Shown here: one piece after another, positions 1-14,628 of the stretch
Numbering within the stretch: position 1 is the first letter of the stretch
Layout of the letters: every line of letters starts with the position of its first letter
Program-made: the position numbers and the translations under genes
The notes under the pieces: generated by a model
What the model was told of the DNA's origin: nothing
Databases searched by the model: none
Seen by the model: the letters and a program-made list of their open reading frames with translations, nothing else
From: Chrysomallon squamiferum
Lineage: Eukaryota; Animalia; Mollusca
Length of the DNA stretch: 64,000 nt
Direction of reading: 5' to 3'
Assembly: GCA_012295275.1 (NCBI GenBank)
Contig: CM022668.1
Coordinates: 10,478,001 to 10,542,000 of the forward strand

Positions 1-712
1 CTTTAGTTTTAACTTTCATTGTCATTGTCGTGTTAAAAATACAAAGCTTCTCTATTGACAAAATTAAACAGGTGACGATACAATTTTTTTTTTATTTTTA
101 ACAAATTCAGAATTAAAAAAGAAAATATTTAATATGTTAAAAACAGTTCCAAAATTTTTATATTGTTTCTAATTTTGTTATTTTTATATAATCACCATTA
201 TAGTTATAATTATCATCATCATCATTATTTTATTATCATTATTGTGTGATGGTTACTATTATCAAAATCTACATAAATAAACTAATAAAACTGAATTATT
301 TACAAGGGGAAATAATCTGTGAAAAAAACTAGATCAAAGTTTGAGACATGCTCATAAACAGTTATGTTTTCTTCCAGCACACAAGCTGATCAAACCATTC
401 AGTTTCATCTTTAGATTTGTCTTTCATTTCTTGGCAAAAATACCGAGTTTCTCCGTTCATAAAACTAAAATATTACAAATAAAAAGAATAATTATAATTT
501 TTTGACAAATTAAAAAATATAATGATTTATTTTAACACTTATTATGTTAAAAACAGTTCTAAAAAAATTATATTTTTTCTAATTTTATTATTGTTATATA
601 ATCATGATTATCGTTATAATAATCACAATCATCATTATTTTCATTATAATTACTACAATGATAGTTATTATTATTATTATTATTATAATCGTCATCATTA
701 GAAGTATCATCA
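1..712. repeat. Partial unit of ~2.0-2.3 kb tandem repeat family A, interrupted by the transposon
   Basis: Shares motifs with units at 5-10 kb (cagcacacaagc.gatcaaacca; ttcagtttcatctttagatttgtctttcatt; (ATT)n/(ATC)n tract; agtatcatcat). Confidence 0.85.
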
Positions 713-3700
713 TAGTCCGGTGGCAAGGACCGATAAGCGTGTATTGCGGCCCGTACAAAGTTTTGTTGCTGTTTCTATACCTCCGAGATGTGCTCTTTAA
801 GAATCTGAATGATCCCACTCTGTCATCCTTGGGCAATCCGCACAATATGCAAATTAAGGCTGCCATTACTGAAAATCTTGTTTTCGTCAATATCTCAGTA
901 ACTATGCATGGTATCAAAACAATTTTGGTGTCTATACACATGTTTTTAGGGGCAAAGAATCTGATTATACCATTACAGTACTGATCACACCAATATTTTC
1001 CGCAAAATATGCAAAAATCAACTTCAGTGTATATCCGAGTCGTTACAGAACATCCCCTGTTGCATGTTGCCATTACTGATTTGACTCAGTCCTCAAACAA
1101 GTCACTTTCAACAACATTGTCACAGTCATCAACCCGTCGGGTGTGCGCCCGCTTTACGTTCTCTTCGAATGCCTCTTTAGAAGGTGGAAGTGACTTAAGC
1201 TCTGGAGCCTTTGTCAGATTTGTTCTACCCATCCTTCGCGACCAGACTTCTCCACGGACCTCAGACATGTTCGATGTCACCAAGCTTTTGACCCCGTAGC
1301 AGGCAGCCATGAATGTTGTCGCTTCTTCAATGATGTCACCTATGTTCTCAGATAATACGCCCAATTTGAGCAGTTCTACACCACTCTTAAGGACTTTGAT
1401 GACGGTGCTTTTTCCTACTCCGAAGCACTGAGCCACAGTGTCGCAGCCTGAGAGGGCATGGGCGGCTGGCAGTTGTGAAAGCAAGTGTCCATGTTCACTT
1501 GCAGTTGCCCCAATGTCTATAGTAGTTCGATCAGCACTTGGTCCTTCCACTGTAAGACGACAGGTCAGGTTCAACTTTGCGTAGAAGTGCAGCAGCAGGA
1601 CAAAAACGTCTGTGTCCTCACATACGATGTTGATTCTTTTCACGCCACTTTCAGCTGCCTTAACCATCTGCTGTATGATTATTACATCCGCTTCTTTATG
1701 GCAAGTCATGAGATCTTCCCTACGGAAGACAATGCCATCCTGAATTACAACTGGTACAGAGTCAGTAGAGGTAATGACCAGTCTGTGTTCATTCCGCTCG
1801 TCCTGTGCTTTCTGGATCAAATTCTGACATATGAGATCTATGACCTGTACCTTATTCTCAGTTACTGTAAGGACAACGTTCTGGGGTGGCAATGGAGTAT
1901 GTAACTGCAGTTTGTGTCGTCGGTTCGCTTCGTCACCAGCTCGAGCTGCCCGCGTTCTACTTTTAATGCTGAAGTCGAAGTAGCGATCAGAGATCAGGTT
2001 TGTGTCCTGGCTTGCCACCCTTTTCATCACATTCCTCGTGAAGCCGTTGACAAAATCTGCCACAGTTCCTTGATTAGGTCAGTTTATAACCCAAAGGATA
2101 GCACAACCATCCAGTATTTCTACCTCTGATTTCTCACGTTGGGACACAGTCACCTGCAGCTTCTTCTTCAGCGTTGATTTCGTAGTTGCGATTCTCATTT
2201 TCCCTTCATCATCAAACATTGAGGTTGGCACGGGTGACAGTTCATGCGCAAGGACAGTTTTGATATCAATGTCTCGAGACTGTTGCAACCCTAGTACCCG
2301 CGAGTAGATGAGATTCGTGTCATACACATTATTGTTCCCAACCCTTACTGCCTTTCTCTTCACTGCCATGGTCACTACCAACTTGGATAAGGATGCATTA
2401 AATCCGCCAGGCCAGCTCTTTTCAAATGACACAAGTTGACCATTCCTGTTTAAAACAACACCGAGCGTAATCTGGAGGGTTGTGAATCTACCACTTGTGG
2501 CATTAGTAACAATGTTTCCGATGAGAGCGGCTGGTAAGGTGTGGTCCAGATTTGTAGAAAGCTTTGATAGCAAGGATAACAAAGTGGAACTGTCACAGTC
2601 AAGGGCAATGTCCATATCAACTCTGGCATGATAGGTCTTGTCATCAACTAATGATTCCTTTACATCACGGACAATCTGGTGAGCAACCTTTTCCAGTCCA
2701 ATCTCAACATCATCTTCATCACTGCCAGCACTAGTCTCAACAAACTGGATGCTTTACTTCGAAACACGAGCAGACTAGCAACACCTGTGCCACTCAGCAC
2801 AAGACGATCCGAACCAAAGTTTTCTAACAACTTGGAGACTAATGTCTCTTCCACCATTGGACTGGTATAGGTCGTATAATTCGATGGAATTCCACACTCG
2901 CGATGATTCTGCTCTCACTGCACTGACTGTCGTTTCAAAAGCTACATCCACCTCCTCTTGGTTACTACTAGATGCTGCTGAAGCTGACTTCACTGACCGA
3001 AGTGAACAAAACTTCTTGTAACAGTCTGTGTGGTATCTACCATTTGCTGCATGCAGATCACTCACTGCCCCAGCCAAACGTGTCTCTACCTTGCGTCCCC
3101 AGTCGTCGTAACGAGATCTACAGACATCTGAAAGTATTTCTCCCCTCGCCACGGTCCGCTATCCTACAAAGAACAACCCTGCGCCAACGATACGGATACT
3201 TAGGATCAATGTCAGGCATTCCTCACCGCAGAAAAAACAATGTTGCCTGAAGTTGAAGGTTGTCGATCCGAACCGACGCAGACGTTTCCCTTCAGATGAC
3301 TCTTCAGAACCTTTTAATGCGCTCAGTTTATTCAAATGTCTGTTGATATGAGATTTGGATGTATATGTCGTTACACAATCTGTATGACAAAGCACCTCTC
3401 TGTCTTTGTCTGACAACAGTCTAGTTTCAAGATCTTCATGGAGATCATCAAATCTCAGTTTACTTGATTCAATGATAGTCTGTATCCTGTCAGTCCCTGC
3501 GACGCTAAGTTCCTTCTTGCTTCCATCTTCTTTACAAAAGATGCAGCACCCTTCCATCTTTCAGCTCTACCTGGAAGAGAAGATATATGTGAGCCACTCC
3601 GGCAGAACCAGGCGCTTCAATAACAGAGAAGTGCCTGCTTTTACCAAGCCACTATTACTGATATTATCAATAATGGCGGTCCTTATTTGCATATTTTGCA

Positions 3701-4161
3701 GAAAATATTGGTGTGATCAATACTGTAATGGTTTAATCTGATTCTTTACCCCTAAAAACATGTGTATAGACACCAAAATTGTTTTGATACCATGTGTAGT
3801 TACTGAGATATTGACGAAAACGAGATTTTCAGTAATGGCGGCCTTAATATGCCTATTCAGCACAAAATATTGGTATGATCTTGTCTGAAATGACTTAATC
3901 TGAATCTTTACCCCTGAAATCATGGGGATAGACACCAAAATTAGTTTTGATACCATGCATAGTTACTGAGATATTGACGAAAACAAGATTTTCAGTAATG
4001 GCAGCCTTAATTTGCATATTGTGCGGATTGCCCAAGGATGACGGAGTGGCATCATTCAGATTCTTAAAGAGCACATCTCGGAGGTATAGAAGCAGCAACA
4101 AAACTCTGTACGGACTGTATTGCAAGGTTCTCCAAAAATCTGGGGTTTGGCAACCGGACTA
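713..4161 (-). mobile_element. Academ (AcademX-type) DNA transposon, non-autonomous internally deleted copy
   Basis: Left end TAGTCCGGTGGCAA at 713 and right end TTGGCAACCGGACTA ending at 4161 form an imperfect terminal inverted repeat with 5'-TAG...CTA-3' termini. TCA direct repeat at 710-712 and 4162-4164. The empty site agtatcatcataacctacataaaaatgc is present in sister units (5461, ~7795). Long subterminal inverted repeats (~750-1014 vs 3685-4113). Higher GC than flanks. Coding remnants include an XPG/FEN1-like nuclease. TAG termini, 3-bp TSD and an XPG domain are established AcademX traits. Confidence 0.85.
1086..3557 (-). pseudogene. Fragmented Academ protein: N-terminal Cys/His-rich region and XPG/FEN1 (PIN-fold) nuclease domain; no DDE core recognisable
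   Basis: ORF pieces 3159-3557, 2775-3152, 2660-2857, 2079-2615 and 1086-2063 are separated by frameshifts/stops. Motifs: HCFFCGEEC; DLHAANGRYHTDCY; HELSPVPTSMFDDEGKMR; EILDG; HKEADVII; CEDTDVFVLL; HALSGCDTVAQCFGVGK (H3TH-type); LPPSKEAFEENVKRAH. Confidence 0.8.
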
Positions 4162-5361
4162 TCATATCCTACAAAAAAATGCAGTTTCATCCATTTAACG
4201 AATTTTTATTTATTCTTATATCTTATATTTCTTTTCTATTTTATATATTTTTTTTTTCCTTTTTCTTATACATCTATAAATTTGTTGGGTTTTATTGTTT
4301 GTATCTCCTAACTCACAGGTTGTATCCCGACATGTTCACACTTTTGACAAATTAAAAATATTTTAAATTAAATAAAATAAAATAAAATTAAATTAGTAAT
4401 TTGAACCTTCAAACTATGATATTTTTGCATCAAAATGGACAATTTTTCCTTCAAAGTTTTTATATTTTTGTTAACAGTTTACAGTCTGTTATCTCAGCAA
4501 AGGATGAAACATCTTTCATAGTGATGGATATTAGAAAGCGATATCTGAAATTTATTTTCACTATCATCATCTTTTGATCTTTTGTTTAATGTTGTCAATA
4601 ATGTGACATTGATCTGATCTTAAGTCATACATTTAGAACTGTTATTTAATAAGAAATAGATAATTTTCAACAGAAAATATCCAAACTCTAATACGGAATT
4701 TTGAGTGTCACAGTGAACTATAATAATGTAATTGCTGCTTTGTTGTGACAAAACAACAGTACAAAATTTAGTTTTATTTCGTTTTATCCATTGTTATTGC
4801 CTGTATGTACCAGTTCCAACTGAGTAATTACAAAGTCATCACTAGAGCATTTTGTGTGACTTTTTATACCAGCCATGAATATGATTGTACCAAACAACTA
4901 CTCTGCAAAGGAAGGAGTAATTTACAACAACAACAAAATGATATCCACTCACATTTTATGAAATTCCCTGTTAACATAATCAACAGCTTTCTTTCTGCTG
5001 AACCCAGCGTTTTTTCTCAGCACACAAGCGGATCAAACCAATATTTCAACAAAGAAAGTCAATGATTTTCATTCTTTCAGTTTCATCTTTAGATTTGTCT
5101 TTCATTGTTGGGCAAAAATACCAAGTTTTTCCATTCATAAAACTAAAATATTACAAATAAAAAAAGAAATAATTATAAATTTTTGACAAAAAGTTTAATA
5201 CTCAAAAATTGAAAAATATAATGATTTATTTTAACACTTATTATGTTAAAAACAGTTCTAAAACATTTATATTTTCCTAATTTTATTATTGTTATATAAT
5301 CATGATTATCTTTCTAATACTCACAATCATCATTATTTTCATTATAATTACTACTATGATA

Positions 5362-5415
<54 letters not shown>

Positions 5416-7714
5416 TATTATTATCATCATTATCATCATATTATCATCATCATCATTAGTAGTATCATCATAACCTACATAAAAATGCTATTAAGACTGG
5501 GTATAAGGGGAAACAATCTGTGAACAAAGAAGGAAATGAAAGTTCGAGAAGAACTTAGTAAACGATTGTGTTTTCACTTAAGAAAAAGGTGAGAATAATT
5601 TAGTCACCGTTACTTCTATAACACTTGAGGTAATTTCTACATTCGTAGACATTCTTGATCCACAATTTTTAGAATATGGAGGTATTTCGATTTATCAGTT
5701 CAGGTATTTATATTTGAACGCAGGAACACGGAAGTATTAATAGATATACCGAAACTTTATGTTTATAGCAACTGTTGCAAGAAAATGTAATCAGGTGCAT
5801 AAAACAGTTTATATTCTACTAGGTACTCTTTTTTATATTTAATATTTAGTAGTTAACATTCCTCCGATTACAACTTTGTACCGTAGTTCTGACTTTGAAC
5901 AATTCTAAGGGCATATTCATAATTTCTAACTATTCGAGGACATTTCACTTTCAGCCATTTAAAGACTTTTTATTTATTTTCTTTCTTATATTTATTTTCT
6001 ATTTTATATATATTTACATATATATATAATTTTTTTTTTTTTTTTTATGTGTATATATAAATTTATTGGGGGGTTTTGTTTGGTTTTTTATTGTCTTTTT
6101 TATTATTTTCTATTGCTTGTTTTTTGTTTTTTCTTTTCTAAATTGGATTTGTTATAGTTAATTAGACATAATATCTATGTATCCCAGGTAAGTATGCATG
6201 AGATGAAAACCGATAAGTGTCATTCCTAGTGTATCTCTTCACTCACAGTTTGTATCCCGACATGTTCACACTTTTGACAAATTAAAATTAAAACAAACTA
6301 AATTTAAATTAAATTAAATTAAATTAATCATTTAAAGTAAATAATATACGTTTGCTTATGCCTCAAACGCCTAAATTTCAAACATTATCTTACTTGCATC
6401 AATAATTTTCTAATTTGTTCCTTCAAAGTTTGATATTTTTTGTTAACAGTTGTCAGAGTCTGCTATTTCAGGAAGAGATGAAACCATTTTTATAGTGATG
6501 GATATTAGGAAGCCATATCTGAAAATTATTTTAATCTTCATCATCTTTTGATCTTTTGTTTAATGTTTTCAATAATGTGACATTGATCTGATCTTAAGTC
6601 ATACATTTAGATCTGTTATTTAATAAGAAATAGATAATTTTCAACAGAAAATCTCCAAAATCTAATACGGAATTTTGAGTGTCACAGTGAACTATAATAA
6701 TGTAATTGCTGCTTTGTTGTGACAAAACAACAGTACAAAATCTAGTTTTATATCGTTTTTACCGTTATTGCCTGTATGTACCAGTTCCACTGACTAATTA
6801 CGAAGTCATCACTAGAGCATTTTGTGTGACTTTTTATACCAGCCATGAATATGATTGTACCAAACAACTACTCTGCAAAGGAAGGAGTAATTTACAACAA
6901 CAACAACAAAATGATATCCACTCACATTTTATGAAATTCCCTGTTAACATAATCAACAGCTTTCTTTCTGCTGAACCCAGCGTTTTTTCTCAGCACACAA
7001 GCGGATCAAACCAATATTTCAACAAAAAAGTCAATGATTTTCATTATTTCAGTTTCATCTTTAGATTTGTCTTTCATTGTTGGGCAAAAATACCAAGTTT
7101 TTCCATTCATAAAACAAAAATATTAGAAATAAAAAGAATAATTATATTTTCTTTTACAAATCAAAAAATATAATGATTTATTTTAAAACTTATTATGTTG
7201 AAAACAGTTCTAAAAATTTATATTTTTCTAATTTTATTATTGTTGTATAATCATTATTATAGTATTAATACTCACAATCATCATTATTTTCATTATAATT
7301 ATTACTATGATGGTTATTATTATTAGTAGTAGTAGTAGTAGTAGTATCATTAGTATAATTATTATTATTATTACTATTATTATCATCATCATCATCATCA
7401 TCATCATCAAACCAATATTTCAACAAAGAAAGTCAATGATTTTCATTATTTCAGTTTCATCTTTAGATTTGTCTTTCATTTTTGGGCAAAAATACCAAGT
7501 TTCTCCATTCATAAAACTAAAATATTACAAATAAAAGGAATAATTGTAATTTCTTGACAAATTGAAAAATATAATGATTTATTTTAACACTTGTTGTGTT
7601 AAAAACATTTCCAAAACATTTATATTTTCCTAAATTTATTATTGCTATACAAACATGATTATCTTTCTAATACTCACAATCATCATTATTTTCATTATAA
7701 TTACTACTATGATA

Positions 7715-7762
<48 letters not shown>

Positions 7763-10677
7763 GTTATTATTATTATTATCATCATCATCATTAGTAGTAT
7801 CATCATAACCTACATAAAAATGCTATTAAGACTGGGTATAAGGGGAAACAATCTGTGAACAAAGAAGGAAATGAAAGTTCGAGAAGAACTTAGTAAACGA
7901 TTGTGTTTTCACTTAAGAAAAAGGTGAGAATAATTTAGTCACCGTTACTTCTATAACACTTGAGGTAATTTCTACATTCGTAAACATTCTTGATCCACAA
8001 TTTTTAGAATATGGAGGTATTTCGATTTATCAGTTCAGGTATTTATATTTGAACGCCAGGAACACGGAAGTATTAATAGATATACCGAAACTTTATGTTT
8101 ATAGCAACTGTTGCAAGAAAATGTAATCAGGTGCATAAAACAGTTTATATTCTACTAGGTACTCTTTTTTATTTTTAATATTTAGTAGTTAACATTCCTC
8201 CGATTACAACTTTGTACCGTAGTTCTGACTTTGAACAATTCTAAGGGCATATTCATGATTTCTAACTATTCGAGGACATTTCACTTTCAGCCATTTAAAG
8301 ACTTTTTATTTATTTTCTTTCTTATATTTATTTTCTATTTTATAAATATTTACATATATATATAATTTTTTTTTTTTAATGTGTATATATAAATTTATTG
8401 GGGGGTTTTGTTTGCTTTTTATTGTCTTTTTTATTATTTTCTATTGCTTGTTTTTTTTTTTTTCTTTTCTAAATTGGATTTGTTATAGTTAATTAGACAT
8501 AATATCTATGTATCCCAGGTAAGTATGCATGAGATGAAAACCGATAAGTGTCATTCCGAGTGTATCTCTTCACTCACAGTTTGTATCCCGACATGTTCAC
8601 ACTTTTGACAGATTAAAATTAAAACAAACTAAAATTAAATTAAATTAAATGAAATTAAATTAATCATTTAAAGTAAATAATATACGTTTGCTTATGCCTC
8701 AAACGCCTAAGTTTCAAACATTATCTTACTTGCATCAATAATTTTCTAATTTGTTCCTTCAAACTTTTTATATTTTTTGTTAACAGTTGTCAGAGTCTGC
8801 TATTTCAGGAAGAGATGAAACCATTTTTATTGTGATGGATATTAGGAAGCCATATCTGAAAATTATTTTAATCTTCATCATCTTTTGATCTTTTGTTTAA
8901 TGTTTTCAATAATGTGACATTGATCTGATCTTAAGTCATACATTTAGAACTGTTATTTAATAAGAAATAGATAATTTTCAACAGAAAATCTCCAAACTCT
9001 AATAGGGAATTTTGAGTGTCACAATGAACTATAATAATGTAATTGCTGCTTTGTTGTGACAAAACAACAGTACAAAATCTAGTTTTATATCGTTTTTAAC
9101 CGTTATTGCCTGTATGTACCAGTTCCACTGACTAATTACGAAGTCATCACTAGAGCATTTTGTGTGACTTTTTATACCAGCCATGAATATGATTGTACCA
9201 AACGAATTACTCAGCAAAGGAAGGAGTAATTTACAACAACAACAACAAAATGATATCCACTCACATTTTATGAAATTCCCTGTTAACATAATCAACAGCT
9301 TTCTTTCTTGCTGAAAAATACCAAGTTTTTTTTTCATAAAACAGAACACAAGAAATAAATTAAACCAATATTTCAACAAAGAAAGTCAATGATTTTTTTA
9401 AAACTTTCAGTTTCATCTTTTTCTAGATTTGTCTTTTGTATATTGTTGTTATAAAAAATACCAAGTTTCTCCATTCATAAAACTAAAATACTACAAATAA
9501 AACAATAGTTATAAATTTTTGACAAATCAGAAAATATAATGATTTATTTTAACACTTATTATGTTAAAAGCAGTTCTAAAATATTTATATTTTTCCTAAT
9601 TTTATTATTGTTAATATAAACACTCATGATTATCTTTTCTAATTTATATTTTCCTAAATTTATTATTGCTATTGATTACCATCATTATTTTCATTATAAT
9701 TACTACTATGATAGTTATTATTATTATTATCATCATCATCATCACTATCATTATCATAATCATTAGTAGTATCATCATAACCTACATAAAAATTCTATTA
9801 AGACTGGGTATAAGGGGAAACAATCTGTGAACAAAGAAGGAAATGAAAGTTCGAGAAGAACTTAGTAAACGATTGTGTTTTCACTTAAGAAAAAGGTGAG
9901 AATAATTTAGTTACCGTTACTTTTGTAACACATGACGTAATTTCTACATTCGTAAACATTCTTGATCCACAATTTTTAGAATATGGAGGTATTTCGATTT
10001 ATCAGTTCAGGTATTTATATTTGAACGCCAGGAACACGGAAGTATTAATAGATATACCGAAACTTTATGTTTATAACAACTGTTGCAAGAAAATGTAATC
10101 AGGTTCATAAAACAGTTTATATTCTACTAGGTACTCTTTTTTATATTTAATATTTAGTAGTTAACATTCCTCCGATTACAACTTTGTACCGTAGTTCTCA
10201 CTTTGAACAATTCTAAGGGCATATTCATAATTTCTAACTATTCGAGGACATTTCACTTTCAGCCATTTAAAGACTTTTTATTTATTTTCTTTCTTATATT
10301 TATTTTCTATTTTATAAATATTTACATATATATATAATTTTTTTTTTTTATGTATATATAAATTTATTGGGGGGTTTTGTTTGTTCTTTTTATTGTCTTT
10401 TTTATTATTTTCTATTGCTTGTTTTTTGTTTTTTCTTTTCTAAATTGGATTTGTTATAGTTAATTATACTTAATATCTATGTATCCCAGGTAAGTATGCA
10501 TGAGATGAAAACCGATAAGTGTCATTCCGAGTGTATCTCTTCAATCACAGTTTGTATCCCGACATGTTCACACTTTTGACAAATTAAAAATAAAACGAAC
10601 TAAAATAAAATTAAATTAAATTAAATTAATCATTTAAAATAAATACTATACATTTGCTTATGCCTCAAACGCCTAAA
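4162..10677. repeat. Tandem array of family A units (~1.9-2.3 kb, about 3.3 copies, with internal duplications and deletions)
   Basis: Marker gtatcccgacatgttcacacttttgaca recurs at ~4322, 6252, 8583 and 10554. Long near-identical blocks, e.g. 5460-6700 vs 7795-9040 vs 9765-10675. Confidence 0.95.
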
Positions 10678-11182
10678 TACATAAATATAACAATGTATTC
10701 ATTGCCTAAACTTTGAAATACTGCAGCAGCTGTGCCTTTCTCTGTTTACCTTTCTCTGTTTTTGTTGTTGTTGTTTTTTTCTCATGAAATTCTGTTATTG
10801 TTATTAATCACAGTAATAATAATATATATTTCAAACTTTGCTGCTGTACCTTTTTCTGTTTACCTGCACTTTCTGTATTGTAGAATTATTTGCCTAATAT
10901 AATGGACTTTTTTCATTGTCATGAATTAACATTTAAAAAGGCAGATTACATCTAAGTGTGAAAGCATTTTTCCTTTTTCATTCATTCAGACTTTACCTGC
11001 TTGTTGTAGGAAATATGTCAGAACAACATTCAAGAAGGGTTATGATGTGTGTGCTCTATGGTACATCAGATCTGAAAGAAAACATGACAGTGGGGTCCAC
11101 TAATCAAGGAGGAAAAAAGAAAAGAAAGATTAAAAGTAAATGGTGGTTTTATTTCTGTAATCAAGTGAATAAGAAAGGAGTT

Positions 11183-11225
<43 letters not shown>

Positions 11226-11241
11226 CAACAACAACAACAAC

Positions 11242-11276
<35 letters not shown>

Positions 11277-11864
11277 CAATAACAAGAATCATAATAATAA
11301 TAATTATTATTATTATTGTTCTTGTTGTTTTTCTTGAAATGCTGTTGTTGTTAATCATAGTAATAATAATATATATTTCTGTCAGCCAGTGTGTTTTCCT
11401 TTCTGTTTCATTATGTTAAAAATATCCATTTGAATAATATTTATACTTCTTTGCAGAAAAAGAAACAGAAAAATTATGCAACATGAAACGTGAGTATATG
11501 AATTCTAGGATTTGTTTTATGTTAATTGTGCCGCATCAGCTTGTATGTAACAGACATTTAGTCAGTGTTAAAAAACAAAACGAAATTAAAATGTTAAAAG
11601 AAGAACAAAACATTTCTTTATACTTATTTAACCACGCCGTGTCAAATCACAACAAGCAATGGAAAAATTCAGTCACTTCCTCAGAAAATTGTTATTTAGA
11701 GTAATCTGGTTTGGAAAGCTGACATTTCTAGCAGGTGTGGTCCGAGATAGTGTTCTTTCAGTTTTGACAATTTTGACAAAAATGGGCGAAGGTGCCACTA
11801 TTCAAATGACCAATATATGACTTCATTCTACATGCTCACAAGAAATATCTGCATATTTATTTAC

Positions 11865-11896
<32 letters not shown>

Positions 11897-12595
11897 TATA
11901 ACAACATTTCTCGAAACCTTGTGAATTCATCTATATAGAACGTTAATATTAATTAATTATTATTTTATTTTATTTTATTTTATTTTATTTTATTTTTGTT
12001 GTTGTTGTTGTTGTTGTTGTTTTTGTTTTGTTGTATTTTTTTTTTATTATATCTGTTACCATCAGCCTGAATTTAGTTAAGAAGTTTTGCTACTTATACA
12101 TTTCCTTGTGTGTGTGTATGTGTGTGTTTATGTGTGTATAGATGTATAAAAGAAATACAGAAATACATAAATACTGTATATTAACAATGTATTTATTGTT
12201 TAAACTTTGAAATACTGCTGCTGTACCTTTCTCTGTTTACCTGCACTTTCTGTATTGTCGAATTATTTGGCTAATATAATGGGCTTTTTTCATTGTCATG
12301 AATTAACATTTAAAAAGGCAGATTACATCTAAGTGTGAAACCATCTTTTAGTGGTTCATTCATTCCTTTTTCATTCATTCACACTTTATCTGCTTGTTGT
12401 AGGAAATATGTCAGAACAACATTCAAGAAGGGATATCATGTGTGTGCTCTATGGTACATCAGATCAGAAACAAAACATGACAGTGGGGTGCACTAATCAA
12501 GGAGGAAAAAAGAAGAGAAAGATGGAAGGTAAATGCTGGTTTTATTTCTGTAATCAAGTCAATAAGAAAGGAGTTTGAATAATAATAATAATAAC

Positions 12596-12636
<41 letters not shown>

Positions 12637-13995
12637 CAATAACAAGAATCATAATAATAATAATTATTATTATTATTGTTCTTGTTGTTTTACTTGAAAT
12701 GCTGTTATTGTTCTTAATCATAGTAATAATAATATATATTTCTGTCAGCCAGTGTGTTTTCCTCTCTGTTTCATTGTGTTAAAAATATCCATTTGAATAA
12801 TATTTATACTTCTTTGCAGAAAAAGAAACTCAAAAATTATGCAACATGAAACGTGAGTATATGAATTCTAGGATTTTTTTATGTTAATTGTGTCACATCA
12901 ACTTGTATGTAACAGACATTTAGTCAGTGTTAAAAATAGAAATGAAATTAAAATGTTAAAGGAAGAACAAAACATTTCTTTATACTTATTTAACCACGCC
13001 ATGTCAAATCATAACAAAGAATGGACACATTCAATCATTTCCTGAGAAAATTGTTACTTAGAGTAATCTGGTTTGGAAAGCTGACATTTCTAGCAGGTGT
13101 GGTCCAAGATAGTGTTCTTTCAGTTTTGACAATTTTGACAAAAATGGGCAAAGGTGTCACTATTCAAATGACAAATAAATGACTTCATTCTACATGATCA
13201 CAAGAAATAACTGCATATTTATTTACACATAATAATAATAATAATAATATATAACAACATTTCTCGAAACCTTGTGAATTCATCTATATAGAACGTTAAT
13301 ATTAATTAATTATTATTTTATGAATTTAATTTAATTTCATTTCATTTTTTTATTTTTGTTGTTGTTGTTGTTTTTGTTTTGTTGTATTTTTTTATTATTA
13401 TTTTGTTACCATCAGCCTGAATTTACTTAAGAAGTTTTCCTACTTATACATTTCCTTGTGTGTGCGTGTGTGTGTGTGTGTGTTGGTGTGTGATGGTGTG
13501 TCTGTGTATGTATGTGTATAGATGTATAAAAGGAATACACAAATATATAAATACTGTATATTAACAATGTATTTATTGTTTAAACTTTCAAACTTTGCTG
13601 CTGCACCTTTTTCTGTTTGCCTGCACTTTCTGTATTGTAGAATTATTTGCCTAATATAATGAGCTTTTTTCATTGTCATGAATTAACATTTAAAAAGGCA
13701 GATTACATCTAAGTGTGACAGCATTTTTTAATGCTTCATTCATTCCTTTTTCTTTCATTCAGACTTTATCTGCTTGTTGTAGGAAATATGTCAGAACAAC
13801 ATTCATGAAGGGATATTATGTGTGTTCTCTCATATACTTCAGATCAGAAAAAAAACATGACAGTGGGGTGCACTAATCAAGGAGGAAAAAAGAAGTGAAA
13901 GATGGAAAGTAAATGGTGGTTTTCTTTCTGTAATTAAGTGAAAAATAAAGGACAATAATAATAATAATAACAATAATATTAATATGAATTATTAT

Positions 13996-14030
<35 letters not shown>

Positions 14031-14596
14031 TTGTTATTATTGTTGTTGTTGTTTTTTCTCTTGAAATGTTGTTATTGTTGTTAATCATAGTAATAATAAT
14101 ATATATTTCTGTCTGCCTCTGTTTTTTTGTCTCCGTTTCATTATATGTTAAAAATAGCCATTTAAATAATATTTATACTTCTTTGCAGCAATAGAAACAG
14201 AAAAATTATCCAACATGAAACGTGAGTATATGAATTCTTGCATTCTTTTTATGTTAATTGTGTCGCATCAACTTCTATATAACAGACATTTAGTCAGTGT
14301 TAAAAAATGAAACGAAATTAAAATGTTAAATGAAGAACGAAACATTTCTTTATACTTATTTAACCACGCCGTGTCAAATCACAACAAGCAATGGAAAAAT
14401 TCAGTCACTTCCTCAGAAAATTGTTATTTAGAGTAATCTGGTTTGGAAAGCTGACATTTCTAGCAGGTGTGGTCCGAGATAGTGTTCTTTCAGTTTTGAC
14501 AATTTTGACAAAAATGGGCGAAGGTGCCACTATTCAAATGACCAATATATGACTTCATTCTACATGCTCACAAGAAATAACTGCATATTTATTTAC

Positions 14597-14628
<32 letters not shown>

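Noticed and set aside
594-1073. ORFs 594-1073, 604-984 and mirror ORFs at 3717-4198
   Set aside because: They are translations of (ATT)n tracts and of the transposon subterminal inverted repeats.
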